Assembly (NCBI GenBank): GCA_028687545.1
Contig: JAQTZZ010000014.1
Span: 9,348 to 73,347, forward strand
Direction of reading: 5' to 3'
Length of the DNA stretch: 64,000 nt
From: Candidatus Wallbacteria bacterium
GTDB taxonomy: Bacteria; Muiribacteriota; JAQTZZ01
This document shows positions 9,010 to 17,612 of the stretch, piece by piece (positions within the stretch are counted from its first letter, which is position 1; each line of letters opens with the position of its first letter). Below the pieces are notes generated by a model that saw nothing but the letters and a program-made list of their open reading frames with translations, was not told the DNA's origin and made no database searches. The position numbers and the translations under genes are program-made.

Positions 9010-11334
9010 CTATACGATCTTCGCTTTTTTCAGCGCTTTGTAAACCCTGTCCGGCGTAAAGGGACCTTCTTTCATCCTTATGCCTGTGGCGTGGAGAATG
9101 GCGTTACTGATCGCAGGCAGGCCGCCGTTGATGCTGATTTCGGATACTGATTTAGCTCCAAAGGGGCCGGTCGGCTCATAGGTCGGCACCAGGATCGTCT
9201 TGATTTCAGGCATGTCCACTGTGCGCATGATGTGGTAATTGCCGAAGCTGTTGTTCAGCACCTTGCCTTTATCGTTGAACACGAACTGCTCCCACATGGC
9301 GTAAGAAATGCCGTTTGCCACCGCACCTTCAGTCTGGCCTTCAGCGAGCTGCGGGTTGATGGCTGTGCCGCAGTCAATGGCAGCCACATATTTCAGCACT
9401 TTCACCTGCCCTGTCCAGGTGTCCACTTCGACTTCCGCGAAATGAGCGGAAAAGGGCGGGGGCGAAACCTTGGTGATATGAGACTTGGCGTCCTGGATCT
9501 GATGCTGGTTGTGCGAGTAAAGCGAATGGCAGGCGATCTCGGAAATCGGAAGAGGATCAAATCCTTTCACATGCACTGCCTTGCCTTCCAGTCTCATGCC
9601 TTTAGTCGTATCCAGACCCAGAATTTCCTTGGCCACGTTCAGGATCTGATCGCGAATGCCTTCGGCGGTCTTGATCACAGCCTGGCCTGAGAGATAAGTC
9701 GTGGAAGAGGCGTAGGCTCCGACGTCAAAAGGAGTCATGTCAGTGTCGGAAGAATAGACGATGATGTCCTCAGGCTCCACTCCAAGCACTTCCGCAGCCA
9801 TCTGGGCGAAGATCGTGTCTGAGCCTGTGCCTAAGTCTGTAGCGCCCAGATTCATGTTGAAAGACCCGTCGTCATTGATCTTGATGAATACGGCGCCCAT
9901 GTCGATATCAGGGATCGAGCTGCCCTGCATCAGTGCGCACATGCCGACTCCGCGACGGAATCTGCCTGCGTTTTTCTTCTTCCGCTTTTCCTTCCAGCCA
10001 ATCTCGCGCATGCCGAGCTTGATGCACTCGGTGAGGCCGCAGGAACGGATGTACATTTCATTGCCTTCCCTGCCTTCGCCGAGAGCCTTGAAGATCGGGG
10101 ATGTCTGGTTTTCCTTGATGTGATTTCTGAGCCTGAATTCGGCAGGATCCATGCCGATCGCGCACGCCAGGTCGTCAATGATGCATTCCATGGCGAAATA
10201 GGACTGGGTAGCGCCATAACCGCGGTATGCACCCCCGACAGGCAGATTCGTGTAAACAGTCTGGCCATGGAAATTCACGTTGTCGCAGGGATAAAGCGGC
10301 AGCACTTTTGAGCCTGCATTGCTCATCACTGTAAGTGCATGTGAGCCATAGGCTCCAGTGTTGGACAGTACGCGCATGTCCAGCAAAGTGATATCCCCGT
10401 TTTTCTTCACTCCAGCCTTGATGGTAGTGTACATGGGATGCCTGGTGCGGGAGATGAATTCCTCAGGTCTCGTTAGTTTCATGATCACTGGCCTTCTCGT
10501 TTCCAGCACCATCAGGGCGCAGAGATCCTCCAGCAGCACTTCCTGCTTAGTGCCGAATCCGCCACCGATCCTGGGCTTGACCACGCGAATCCGCTTCAGG
10601 GGAATTCCGAGAGCCTGCGCTGTAATACGCCTGGCATGAAAAGGAACCTGCGTGCTGGAGTAAAGGAGGATCCTGTTGTTGTGATCCAGCTCCCCGCAGC
10701 AGATATGCGGCTCGATCGGGCAATGCTGGGCGTAATGCGCGTAATAAGTATCTTCGATCACCACATCGGCCTGCTTCTCACCCTTTTTCAGGTCTCCAGC
10801 ACAGACTTTAACTTCAGCGGCCAGATTATGTTTAGGATCGTATTTAGCGCTGATCGGATGATAGGCTTCTGGTTCGTCATGGATTACAGGCGCGCCTGTG
10901 TCCTGCGCCTTCCGCGGGTCGAGTATAGCTGGAAGTTCTTTGTACTTGACCTTGATCAGCCTGCAGGCCTGCTCCGCGATTTCCGGGGTATCGGCAACAA
11001 CCGCAGCCACGCGGTCCCCTACGAAACGCATTTTTTTATCCAGGATGAATGTATCATAAGGGGACGGTTCCGGATATCCCTGGCCGGCTGTGGTATGTAC
11101 ATGCCTCGGCACATTTTTATAGGTGAACACTTTATGCACGCCTGCGAGTTTTTCAGCTTTAGAAGTGTCGATTTCCTTGATAATCGCGTGCGCGAATGGA
11201 GAGGCGAGTATTTTCCCGTAAAGCGGATCTTTGAACGGCATGTCTTCCGCGAATTTCGGGAGGCCGCAGGCAAGAGTCAGACCGTCGATCTTGTGCACGC
11301 TTTTACCGACAACTCTGAATTCCTTTTTTTTCAT
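9010..11334 (-). CDS. Xanthine dehydrogenase family molybdopterin-binding subunit
   Basis: STQVPF, RIGGGFGTKQ, AYRGYG, DLGTGSDT, YASSTTY, GPFGAKSVSE. Confidence 0.93.
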   Translation of the reverse strand: MKKKEFRVVGKSVHKIDGLTLACGLPKFAEDMPFKDPLYGKILASPFAHAIIKEIDTSKAEKLAGVHKVFTYKNVPRHVHTTAGQGYPEPSPYDTFILDKKMRFVGDRVAAVVADTPEIAEQACRLIKVKYKELPAILDPRKAQDTGAPVIHDEPEAYHPISAKYDPKHNLAAEVKVCAGDLKKGEKQADVVIEDTYYAHYAQHCPIEPHICCGELDHNNRILLYSSTQVPFHARRITAQALGIPLKRIRVVKPRIGGGFGTKQEVLLEDLCALMVLETRRPVIMKLTRPEEFISRTRHPMYTTIKAGVKKNGDITLLDMRVLSNTGAYGSHALTVMSNAGSKVLPLYPCDNVNFHGQTVYTNLPVGGAYRGYGATQSYFAMECIIDDLACAIGMDPAEFRLRNHIKENQTSPIFKALGEGREGNEMYIRSCGLTECIKLGMREIGWKEKRKKKNAGRFRRGVGMCALMQGSSIPDIDMGAVFIKINDDGSFNMNLGATDLGTGSDTIFAQMAAEVLGVEPEDIIVYSSDTDMTPFDVGAYASSTTYLSGQAVIKTAEGIRDQILNVAKEILGLDTTKGMRLEGKAVHVKGFDPLPISEIACHSLYSHNQHQIQDAKSHITKVSPPPFSAHFAEVEVDTWTGQVKVLKYVAAIDCGTAINPQLAEGQTEGAVANGISYAMWEQFVFNDKGKVLNNSFGNYHIMRTVDMPEIKTILVPTYEPTGPFGAKSVSEISINGGLPAISNAILHATGIRMKEGPFTPDRVYKALKKAKIV

Positions 11335-11819
11335 TGTTTCCTCCCTTTCTTCAGACCGGCTTTCCGCAAACGCGAGGCAGCGAGCTTCACAGCTTCCACC
11401 TGTTTCACATAACCAGTGCAGCGGCAGAGATTTCCGCTCAAGCCTTGCTTGATCTCGGCATCACTCGGGTCAGGATTTTTGTCCAGCAGGGCTTTGGCCG
11501 ACATGATTTTGCCTGGGATGCAGAATCCACACTGTACAGCCCCGCATTCCACGAAGGCTTCCTGCAGGACATGAGGAAAATCAGGATTTCCGAGACCTTC
11601 CACCGTAGTCACAACGCAGCCATCCACCTGGGCGGCAAGCAACAGGCAACTGTTCATCGGCTTGCCGTTCACATGCACTGTACATGCTCCGCATTCTCCT
11701 TCCCGGCAGCCGTCCTTGACGCTCGCAAATCCGGATTCACGCAGAAGGTCGATCAGTATGGTGCCGGGCTCGATTTCCATCTCCCAGAGTTCATTGTTGA
11801 TTTGGAGTTCGATCAGCAT
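11331..11819 (-). CDS. Xanthine dehydrogenase family 2x[2Fe-2S] subunit
   Basis: GCREGECGACTV, NSC, QCGFCIPG, GNLCRCTGY. Confidence 0.95.
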   Translation of the reverse strand: MLIELQINNELWEMEIEPGTILIDLLRESGFASVKDGCREGECGACTVHVNGKPMNSCLLLAAQVDGCVVTTVEGLGNPDFPHVLQEAFVECGAVQCGFCIPGKIMSAKALLDKNPDPSDAEIKQGLSGNLCRCTGYVKQVEAVKLAASRLRKAGLKKGRKQ

Positions 11820-12646
11820 TTCAGACCTCCCAGGTTGGATTTGATGAAAGCGGGCAGGATCTGTACAATGTATTCTAACGGAAAATTCAGATTAGCTGAA
11901 ATAATCTTGCCATTAAGCTCTTTGACGGCAGTTTTTCCGGCATCATCCGCGGCTTTCTCGTTGAATCCGGCTGAAAAAGCAGCCGCAGTCTTTGGAAGCA
12001 GCATCGGCCGGGTTGTGCAGCCCGAGACGGCAATCTTCACAGAGTCGACATTTTTCCCTTTCCAGGACAGCCTGCTGCACACAAACAGGGGAGCAAAATC
12101 AACTTCCGTCAGGGCCAGTCTGGTAAAACTCCAGTCCCCCAGAGCCTTTGACGGCAGAATCACTTCGACGATCAAACGGTTTTTCAGATACTCGTGGATT
12201 TTTTTCCGGGTGTATTCCGCGAAGCTGATCTTTTCTTCACCGCCCGGGCCCAGCAGCTTTAATTCAGCTTCCAGAAGCAGCAGCAGTGTAGCCAGGTTGA
12301 ACCAGGGAAGCATAGAAGCAACTGACCCGCCGATCGTGATCTGGTTTCTGACTACTGCGTGGCCGGTTGTAGCAAGCGAATGCACAAAAAAAGTGCCGAG
12401 TTTTGAAGAAAATGGATGCCCCAGTATTTCTGAAATTGTAGTCATGGCCCCGATCCGGACTCCGGATTTGCCGGCTTTGATATAGGACAAGCCGCATTCT
12501 TTCAAATCAATCAGGGAATACTCGCCATTCTTTTCGGCATTGATCCCCGATCCGCCGGCCAGAATTCTGGCTTTTTCATGACGTTTCAGAAGCTGCAATG
12601 CTTCTTTTGGGTTTTCCGGAACGAAATAATCCACGACTTTCCGCAT
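11813..12646 (-). CDS. Xanthine dehydrogenase family FAD-binding subunit
   Basis: AGG motif, IGAMTT, RNQITIGG; first gene of the operon with an AAGGAGG RBS. Confidence 0.85.
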   Translation of the reverse strand: MRKVVDYFVPENPKEALQLLKRHEKARILAGGSGINAEKNGEYSLIDLKECGLSYIKAGKSGVRIGAMTTISEILGHPFSSKLGTFFVHSLATTGHAVVRNQITIGGSVASMLPWFNLATLLLLLEAELKLLGPGGEEKISFAEYTRKKIHEYLKNRLIVEVILPSKALGDWSFTRLALTEVDFAPLFVCSRLSWKGKNVDSVKIAVSGCTTRPMLLPKTAAAFSAGFNEKAADDAGKTAVKELNGKIISANLNFPLEYIVQILPAFIKSNLGGLKC

Positions 12647-12705
12647 CTCAACCTCCTTTAGAAGCCGTTAAATCCGAGTGCAGCGAGGATTTTACGGATT
12701 CTTAA

Positions 12706-12818
12706 GTCCCCCCGAAGTGGGGGACATTAGTTCAACTTTCCCTGGTCCCCCCGAAGTGGGGGACATTAGTTCAACTTTCCCTGGTCCCCCCGAAGTGGGA
12801 GACATTGTTCTATTTTCC
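12706..12818. repeat. 39-bp tandem repeat (about 2.9 copies), each unit with a palindrome
   Basis: Unit GTCCCCCCGAAGTGGGGGACATTAGTTCAACTTTCCCTG at 12706 and 12745, degenerate third copy at 12784; 7-bp stem GTCCCCC/GGGGGAC. Confidence 0.9.
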
Positions 12819-12883
12819 ACCCATTATAAAATGATGGAATGAATAACTGGTTTTCAAAATTATATCAGACCTGCAGTTTCTAA

Positions 12884-14056
12884 TCACACCATTTTAGTCA
12901 GATGCCTTCTGCCTGCGATGTAGATAAGGTAATAAACCGAAAAAAACAGTGTGGTGCCAAGCGGGAGTGAAGCATAACCGAAAAAGTGTACCAGAATTCC
13001 GGAGAGCAGGGGAGCAATCACCATTCCCAGCGCGTGCAGGGATTCGATCAGACCGATCCCGGTCCCGCGTTCGCTCTCTTCTGTATGGTTGCTGACGAAA
13101 AGGTTGCCTGCGATCCGCAAGGCAGGATAAAAGGGGAGTGAATAAATTATGATCACCAGGAGAGGATCTCTGATGAAAATCATCGGAGCGAATCCAAGAA
13201 AATATCCTGTAGCGGAAAGATTCAGCAGGAACTTGGGACCCAGCCTGTCACCCAGCCAGCCATAAAAAGGATAGACCAGCGCTCCAAAAATTGTGGCAAG
13301 CAACAGCGAAATTCCCAGCATACTCTCAGTCCCGCCACAGACCCGCTTGAAATAAACGCTGAAATAAGCGAAGAACATACTGTTTCCGATTGCCACCCAG
13401 AAGAGGAGCATTCCGAACCAGGCGATCTGCCTGTTTTTCTTCAACAGAGCGATTTGACCGAGCAGACTTCTTTTCTCCAAAGTCTCAATCCGAACCCAGT
13501 TGACAAGGGGAACAAAAATTGACAGTACCAGCAGAATCACGGAAATAAAAAGCGCAAAGCGGAAAATCAGAAATATCTCCAGGATATCCGCGGCTGCAAA
13601 AATTATTACTCCTGCCAGGCAGGCAGTTCCAAATCCGGCAGACTCGAAACAGAATAACTGTCCGAGTTTCCGGCCCTTCTGATCCGGAAAAAGAAAGGTG
13701 ATCGCCGCCTGGGCGGCAGGGAAAAAAGCTTCCAGCAGCATGATCAGGCTGAAACTGCAGATCATGAAATAGGGATCGCGGGACCGGATCAGCCCGACCA
13801 GAATCCCGATGTCGGCTGCCAGACCGAAGACTACAAAAGCCCTGGCTCTCGGGAATCGGTCGAACACCGGTCCCCAGACATTCATGGATACGAAGCCAGC
13901 CAGAGAGGAGAGGGTGAAAAAAAGTCCGATCGTTTCACCCTTGCAACCGCATCTATCCAGAAAAAGCGGTCCGAAAGTCATGAAGGTTGCTCCGACAAAT
14001 CCTACCAGCCAGAAGAGTGCTTCATAGAAAATCAGATTTGAGGTCTTTTGCTCCAT
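12884..14056 (-). CDS. MFS transporter
   Basis: About 12 hydrophobic segments; MFS motifs WGPVFDRFPR and GWLGDRLGPK. Confidence 0.88.
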   Translation of the reverse strand: MEQKTSNLIFYEALFWLVGFVGATFMTFGPLFLDRCGCKGETIGLFFTLSSLAGFVSMNVWGPVFDRFPRARAFVVFGLAADIGILVGLIRSRDPYFMICSFSLIMLLEAFFPAAQAAITFLFPDQKGRKLGQLFCFESAGFGTACLAGVIIFAAADILEIFLIFRFALFISVILLVLSIFVPLVNWVRIETLEKRSLLGQIALLKKNRQIAWFGMLLFWVAIGNSMFFAYFSVYFKRVCGGTESMLGISLLLATIFGALVYPFYGWLGDRLGPKFLLNLSATGYFLGFAPMIFIRDPLLVIIIYSLPFYPALRIAGNLFVSNHTEESERGTGIGLIESLHALGMVIAPLLSGILVHFFGYASLPLGTTLFFSVYYLIYIAGRRHLTKMV

Positions 14057-14134
14057 GATTTTCTGATTTTATCAGATTCATCTTCATTCCTCCAGAATTG
14101 ATAAACCGCAAGAGCTGGAGTATTATTTTTTCAG

Positions 14135-14815
14135 ATGAACATTCTGAATCTGAAAAACATTCACAAGAGTTACGGTAGCCGGAAAATCCTTAACGGTCTG
14201 AATCTTCAGATGTCGGACGGGGAAATAGTGGGATTTCTCGGCAAGAACGGGCAGGGAAAGAGTACCACCATCAAACTGATCATGGGATTTCTGCGTCCGG
14301 ACAACGGGATTATCGAGCTGTTCGAGAACCGCAAGCCGGACTTTTCCAGAATCGGATTCCTGCAGGAAAATCCCTTTCTCTGGGATGAACTGACAGCAAG
14401 TGAATTTCTCGACGGCCTCAGCAGGATTGCAGATAAAACTGCCTATTCCACTGCTGATCTTTTGAAATTCGTCGGGCTGGACCAGGACGGAACCCGCCCA
14501 GTCGGCCAGTTTTCACGCGGCATGAAACAGAGACTCGGCCTTGCCCAGACTCTGATTTCAGACCCGGATCTTCTGATCCTGGATGAGCCGATGACCGCAC
14601 TTGACCCGATCGGAAGGATCAGGATCAAGGAAATCCTGATTCAATTGAAGGGGAAGAAGAAAAGCATTTTTTTCAGCAGCCACCAGCTGCTGGAAGTACA
14701 GGAGATTGCCGACCGGGTAGTGATCCTTGATCAGGGAACAATTGTTTCCAACCTGAAAACTTCGGAAATCGGCAATCTGGAATCACATTTCATCGAGATT
14801 GTAGGTAGAAAATGA
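14135..14815 (+). CDS. ABC transporter ATP-binding protein (PilH-like)
   Basis: GKNGQGKST, FSRGMKQR, LLILDEP, SSH. Confidence 0.93.
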   Translation: MNILNLKNIHKSYGSRKILNGLNLQMSDGEIVGFLGKNGQGKSTTIKLIMGFLRPDNGIIELFENRKPDFSRIGFLQENPFLWDELTASEFLDGLSRIADKTAYSTADLLKFVGLDQDGTRPVGQFSRGMKQRLGLAQTLISDPDLLILDEPMTALDPIGRIRIKEILIQLKGKKKSIFFSSHQLLEVQEIADRVVILDQGTIVSNLKTSEIGNLESHFIEIVGRK

Positions 14816-15567
14816 AAACTCTGGCGCTCGCCAAATTCACTCTGCTCAGCCTCTGGAAAAAAAACCTGAGATTCGTGTTAATTTCCCTGCTGGCATTTTA
14901 CGTCCTTTTTTATTTCTATCTCAAAGGAATTGCCCCTGACATTCCCGAGAAAGTGCTTTCCGATCTTACGCTTTCGCTGGAAAGCGTATCGCTCTTCGCC
15001 TGCTGCCTTCTGCTGGTGTGTCTGGAAATCCCTGAAGATATCCGGCTGAAAAAATGTTATTTCCTGCTTTCCAAAGGAATTTCCCGGACCCAGTATCTGC
15101 TGGGGAAATTCGGGGGGATCGCCATGGCAGCAGCCATCTTCCTTTTTGCATACAGTTTCGCAGTGGCAGTTTTTTTATCCGCTTTTTCCGGCATCTCCCC
15201 TGGTCCTATCCTCTCCCTCCTGCCATTTTTCCTGTTCAAGTCACTGGTCTGGATCTCCATCCTGATCCTGATTTCCCTGTCAGGCAATACTGTTATCTCG
15301 CTTACCGGCGGCTGCCTGATTTATTTTCTGACCAACTTTCATGAATACCTTCGCCTCGCATCCGCCCAGGGCAGCTTAGTTTCAAAAATTCTGAATCTTG
15401 CAGCATATGTTCTGCCCAATCTGGAATACTACAACCTGCAAGGTCCGGTAGTGCACAGGCTGGCGATTCCCGCGCTTTACTGGCTGTATCTGCTGCTTTA
15501 TACCATCGCTTACATTTCCTTCATGATCAGCCTGGCCGGTCTGCTGATCGATCACCGGGAATTATGA
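14812..15567 (+). CDS. ABC-2 type permease (PilI-like)
   Basis: About 6 TM segments, LLSKGISRTQYLLGKFGG, LPNL; 4-nt overlap with the ATPase. Confidence 0.85.
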   Translation: MKTLALAKFTLLSLWKKNLRFVLISLLAFYVLFYFYLKGIAPDIPEKVLSDLTLSLESVSLFACCLLLVCLEIPEDIRLKKCYFLLSKGISRTQYLLGKFGGIAMAAAIFLFAYSFAVAVFLSAFSGISPGPILSLLPFFLFKSLVWISILILISLSGNTVISLTGGCLIYFLTNFHEYLRLASAQGSLVSKILNLAAYVLPNLEYYNLQGPVVHRLAIPALYWLYLLLYTIAYISFMISLAGLLIDHREL

Positions 15568-16451
15568 AGTACTTGCTGTTCTGCCTTTCGCTGCTGTTTG
15601 TCTGTGCCATGCAGTTACCCCTCGCCAAAGTGACGGATCTCAACTATGATACCTATTTTTTTTCCTTTTTCTATCGCGATACCAGAGAATTCATTTCCGA
15701 CCTGCTCTGGCTCAAGGTGGACCAGTATCATCACGCTGCGGCAACTGACCCCGCAGAGATAATCTCACTCTGCCGGATCGTGGCGGACCTTAACCCGTCC
15801 AGGCTGGATGCCTTCATCGTGGGCTCATTCCAGCTTCTCAGCTTTATGGGCGATCTGGCGGGAGCGGAGGATTTTCTCAACCAGGGCATTGCCGCAAATC
15901 AAAACAACCCTGATCTGGACAAGCTATACTCAGAATTGGGAAATCTTCAGTTCCTGTATCAGAACGACCTGGACCATGCCAAGCTCAATTTCAGGACCGC
16001 ACTTGAACTGTATCCGCAGCGCAACGATCCGGGAACATTTTATATTCCGGAAAATTATTTAAGAATGCTCTACTTTATCTCCTGCCTGTTGAAAGATAAT
16101 GACGTTGAGAAATTCGCCGGTCTTCTGAAAAAGGCCGGCATCAATCCTATTCCGATCAATGAAATCAGCCAGAACTATGATCAAATCGAGCTGATAATAA
16201 AAAATCAGCTGCGGGCGGATCATGAGAAACTGCTGGCTTCAACAAATGGGATAGAAGGCAATGATACACTGGAAGATCAGCTGGCCATGCAGGAAGAATC
16301 CCATGGAATCGAATCAGGTCCTGACAGCTCGCTGCATGGCATAGCTCCGGCACCCTTTGAAGTACCGGAATACCAGATCGAGATGCTTCTGAAATCCGGA
16401 ATCCTGATTTTTCTCAGCGGAATTCTAGCGGTAATAAAAAAGTCCTGCTGA
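15564..16451 (+). CDS. Membrane-anchored TPR-like protein associated with the ABC transporter
   Basis: N- and C-terminal hydrophobic anchors, DLLWLKVDQY segment, helical repeats; 4-nt overlap with the permease. Confidence 0.7.
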   Translation: MKYLLFCLSLLFVCAMQLPLAKVTDLNYDTYFFSFFYRDTREFISDLLWLKVDQYHHAAATDPAEIISLCRIVADLNPSRLDAFIVGSFQLLSFMGDLAGAEDFLNQGIAANQNNPDLDKLYSELGNLQFLYQNDLDHAKLNFRTALELYPQRNDPGTFYIPENYLRMLYFISCLLKDNDVEKFAGLLKKAGINPIPINEISQNYDQIELIIKNQLRADHEKLLASTNGIEGNDTLEDQLAMQEESHGIESGPDSSLHGIAPAPFEVPEYQIEMLLKSGILIFLSGILAVIKKSC

Positions 16452-16462
16452 AGCAGGACTTT
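16439..16462. terminator. Possible bidirectional terminator between convergent genes
   Basis: AAAGTCCTGC-TGAA-GCAGGACTTT stem flanked by A- and T-rich runs. Confidence 0.55.
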
Positions 16463-16483
16463 ATTTAACTTTCTAATTTTACA

Positions 16484-17581
16484 TCAGAACCTGTAATTTG
16501 CCGACATCCTGTGCTCATTGCCAAGCGTCTGATCACGGAAAGCGTAGTCGAATCTCCAGGCATTGCTCTTGAAAGACGCACCCATGGTGAAATCTCCGTC
16601 ATCGTCACCTGCACGCAGCCCGAACTTGTCCTTGATGAATCCTTCCACTCCGAAATGCAGGGAACCTTCACCGTTCTGCACTTTGGAATAATCCAGTGCT
16701 ACATTGATTGATTTGTTGGGGAAATAAGCTAGGCCCAGCGTAGAAGTTACCGGAATCTTGTCTTCAGTCCCGGACGGAGTATCCCATTTCAGGCCTGCGG
16801 CCAGATCTTTGAATGTGAGAGCATAGTTGAACTTCGGAGTAGCCTTGTAAAGCATCCCGAGATCCCAGGACCAGGAATCGGCGCTGTAGGTGAAGAGGTC
16901 CTGTTTCAAATACTTCAGGTTTGCGCCGAGCAGGCATTTCGGATTGTTCATCTGCTGTGCGTAACTTACTGCGAATGCCCATTCCGTGTCATTGAATACA
17001 GAGAAAACATCGATGTCTTCATTGATTCCTGCGCCTGCCCGCCAGGTTTTCCAGTCATTGTACGAGCAGTTGCCGGTATAGACGTTCTTGAACTGAGCGT
17101 CGAATGCTGCATCTCCCTTGAGAACAGGCAGCACTTTACCGTCGTTCGTAGTAACCGCTTCGCCGTAAACCAGATCCCTGCGGATGATGTTGGCTGCCTT
17201 GTCTGCAGCGTCTTTATACCGCCAGATGTGGGTTTCGGCCAGATCGTCCACTCCGAATCTGGTATAGGCTACTCCCCAGGAGGACTTCCTCTTCTTATCC
17301 GGCTGCACATAATTGATGAAATTATAGGTGCGGTCCATTTTAAGCACAGTATGCATGGTGTCGATCTCGCTGGAGGAAAGCTGGGACAGTCCCGCAGGAT
17401 TCCAGAAAGAGGCTGTGGCATCGTCGGCAATCGCGGAGAAAGCTCCGCCCATCCCGAGCGCTCTGGCACCGACCCCCATTTTCAGGTAGGCTCCTGCCTG
17501 GCCGGACCCGTCTTCGGCTGCGCAACTCAGGCTGAAAATCAGCCCGGCTCCCAGCGTCAGCAACAGTTTTCTATTAATCAT
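16484..17581 (-). CDS. PorV/PorQ family outer-membrane beta-barrel protein
   Basis: Signal peptide, LKMGVGARALGMGGAFSAIADDATASFWNPAGL signature, alternating beta strands, C-terminal Phe. Confidence 0.85.
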   Translation of the reverse strand: MINRKLLLTLGAGLIFSLSCAAEDGSGQAGAYLKMGVGARALGMGGAFSAIADDATASFWNPAGLSQLSSSEIDTMHTVLKMDRTYNFINYVQPDKKRKSSWGVAYTRFGVDDLAETHIWRYKDAADKAANIIRRDLVYGEAVTTNDGKVLPVLKGDAAFDAQFKNVYTGNCSYNDWKTWRAGAGINEDIDVFSVFNDTEWAFAVSYAQQMNNPKCLLGANLKYLKQDLFTYSADSWSWDLGMLYKATPKFNYALTFKDLAAGLKWDTPSGTEDKIPVTSTLGLAYFPNKSINVALDYSKVQNGEGSLHFGVEGFIKDKFGLRAGDDDGDFTMGASFKSNAWRFDYAFRDQTLGNEHRMSANYRF

Positions 17582-17612
17582 CTGCCATCACCTCTTTTTT
17601 CGCTGGCTGCGC

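Noticed and set aside
8783-9150. ORFs 8783-9007 and 8827-9150
   Set aside because: They overlap repeat hairpins or the xdh 3' end and have no RBS or recognisable motif.
12706-12818. CRISPR array
   Set aside because: The sequences between palindromes are identical 19-mers, there are under three units, and no cas genes are in the window.
16484-17581. Complete type IX secretion system
   Set aside because: Only a PorV-family gene is present; no PorK/L/M/N or SprA in the window.
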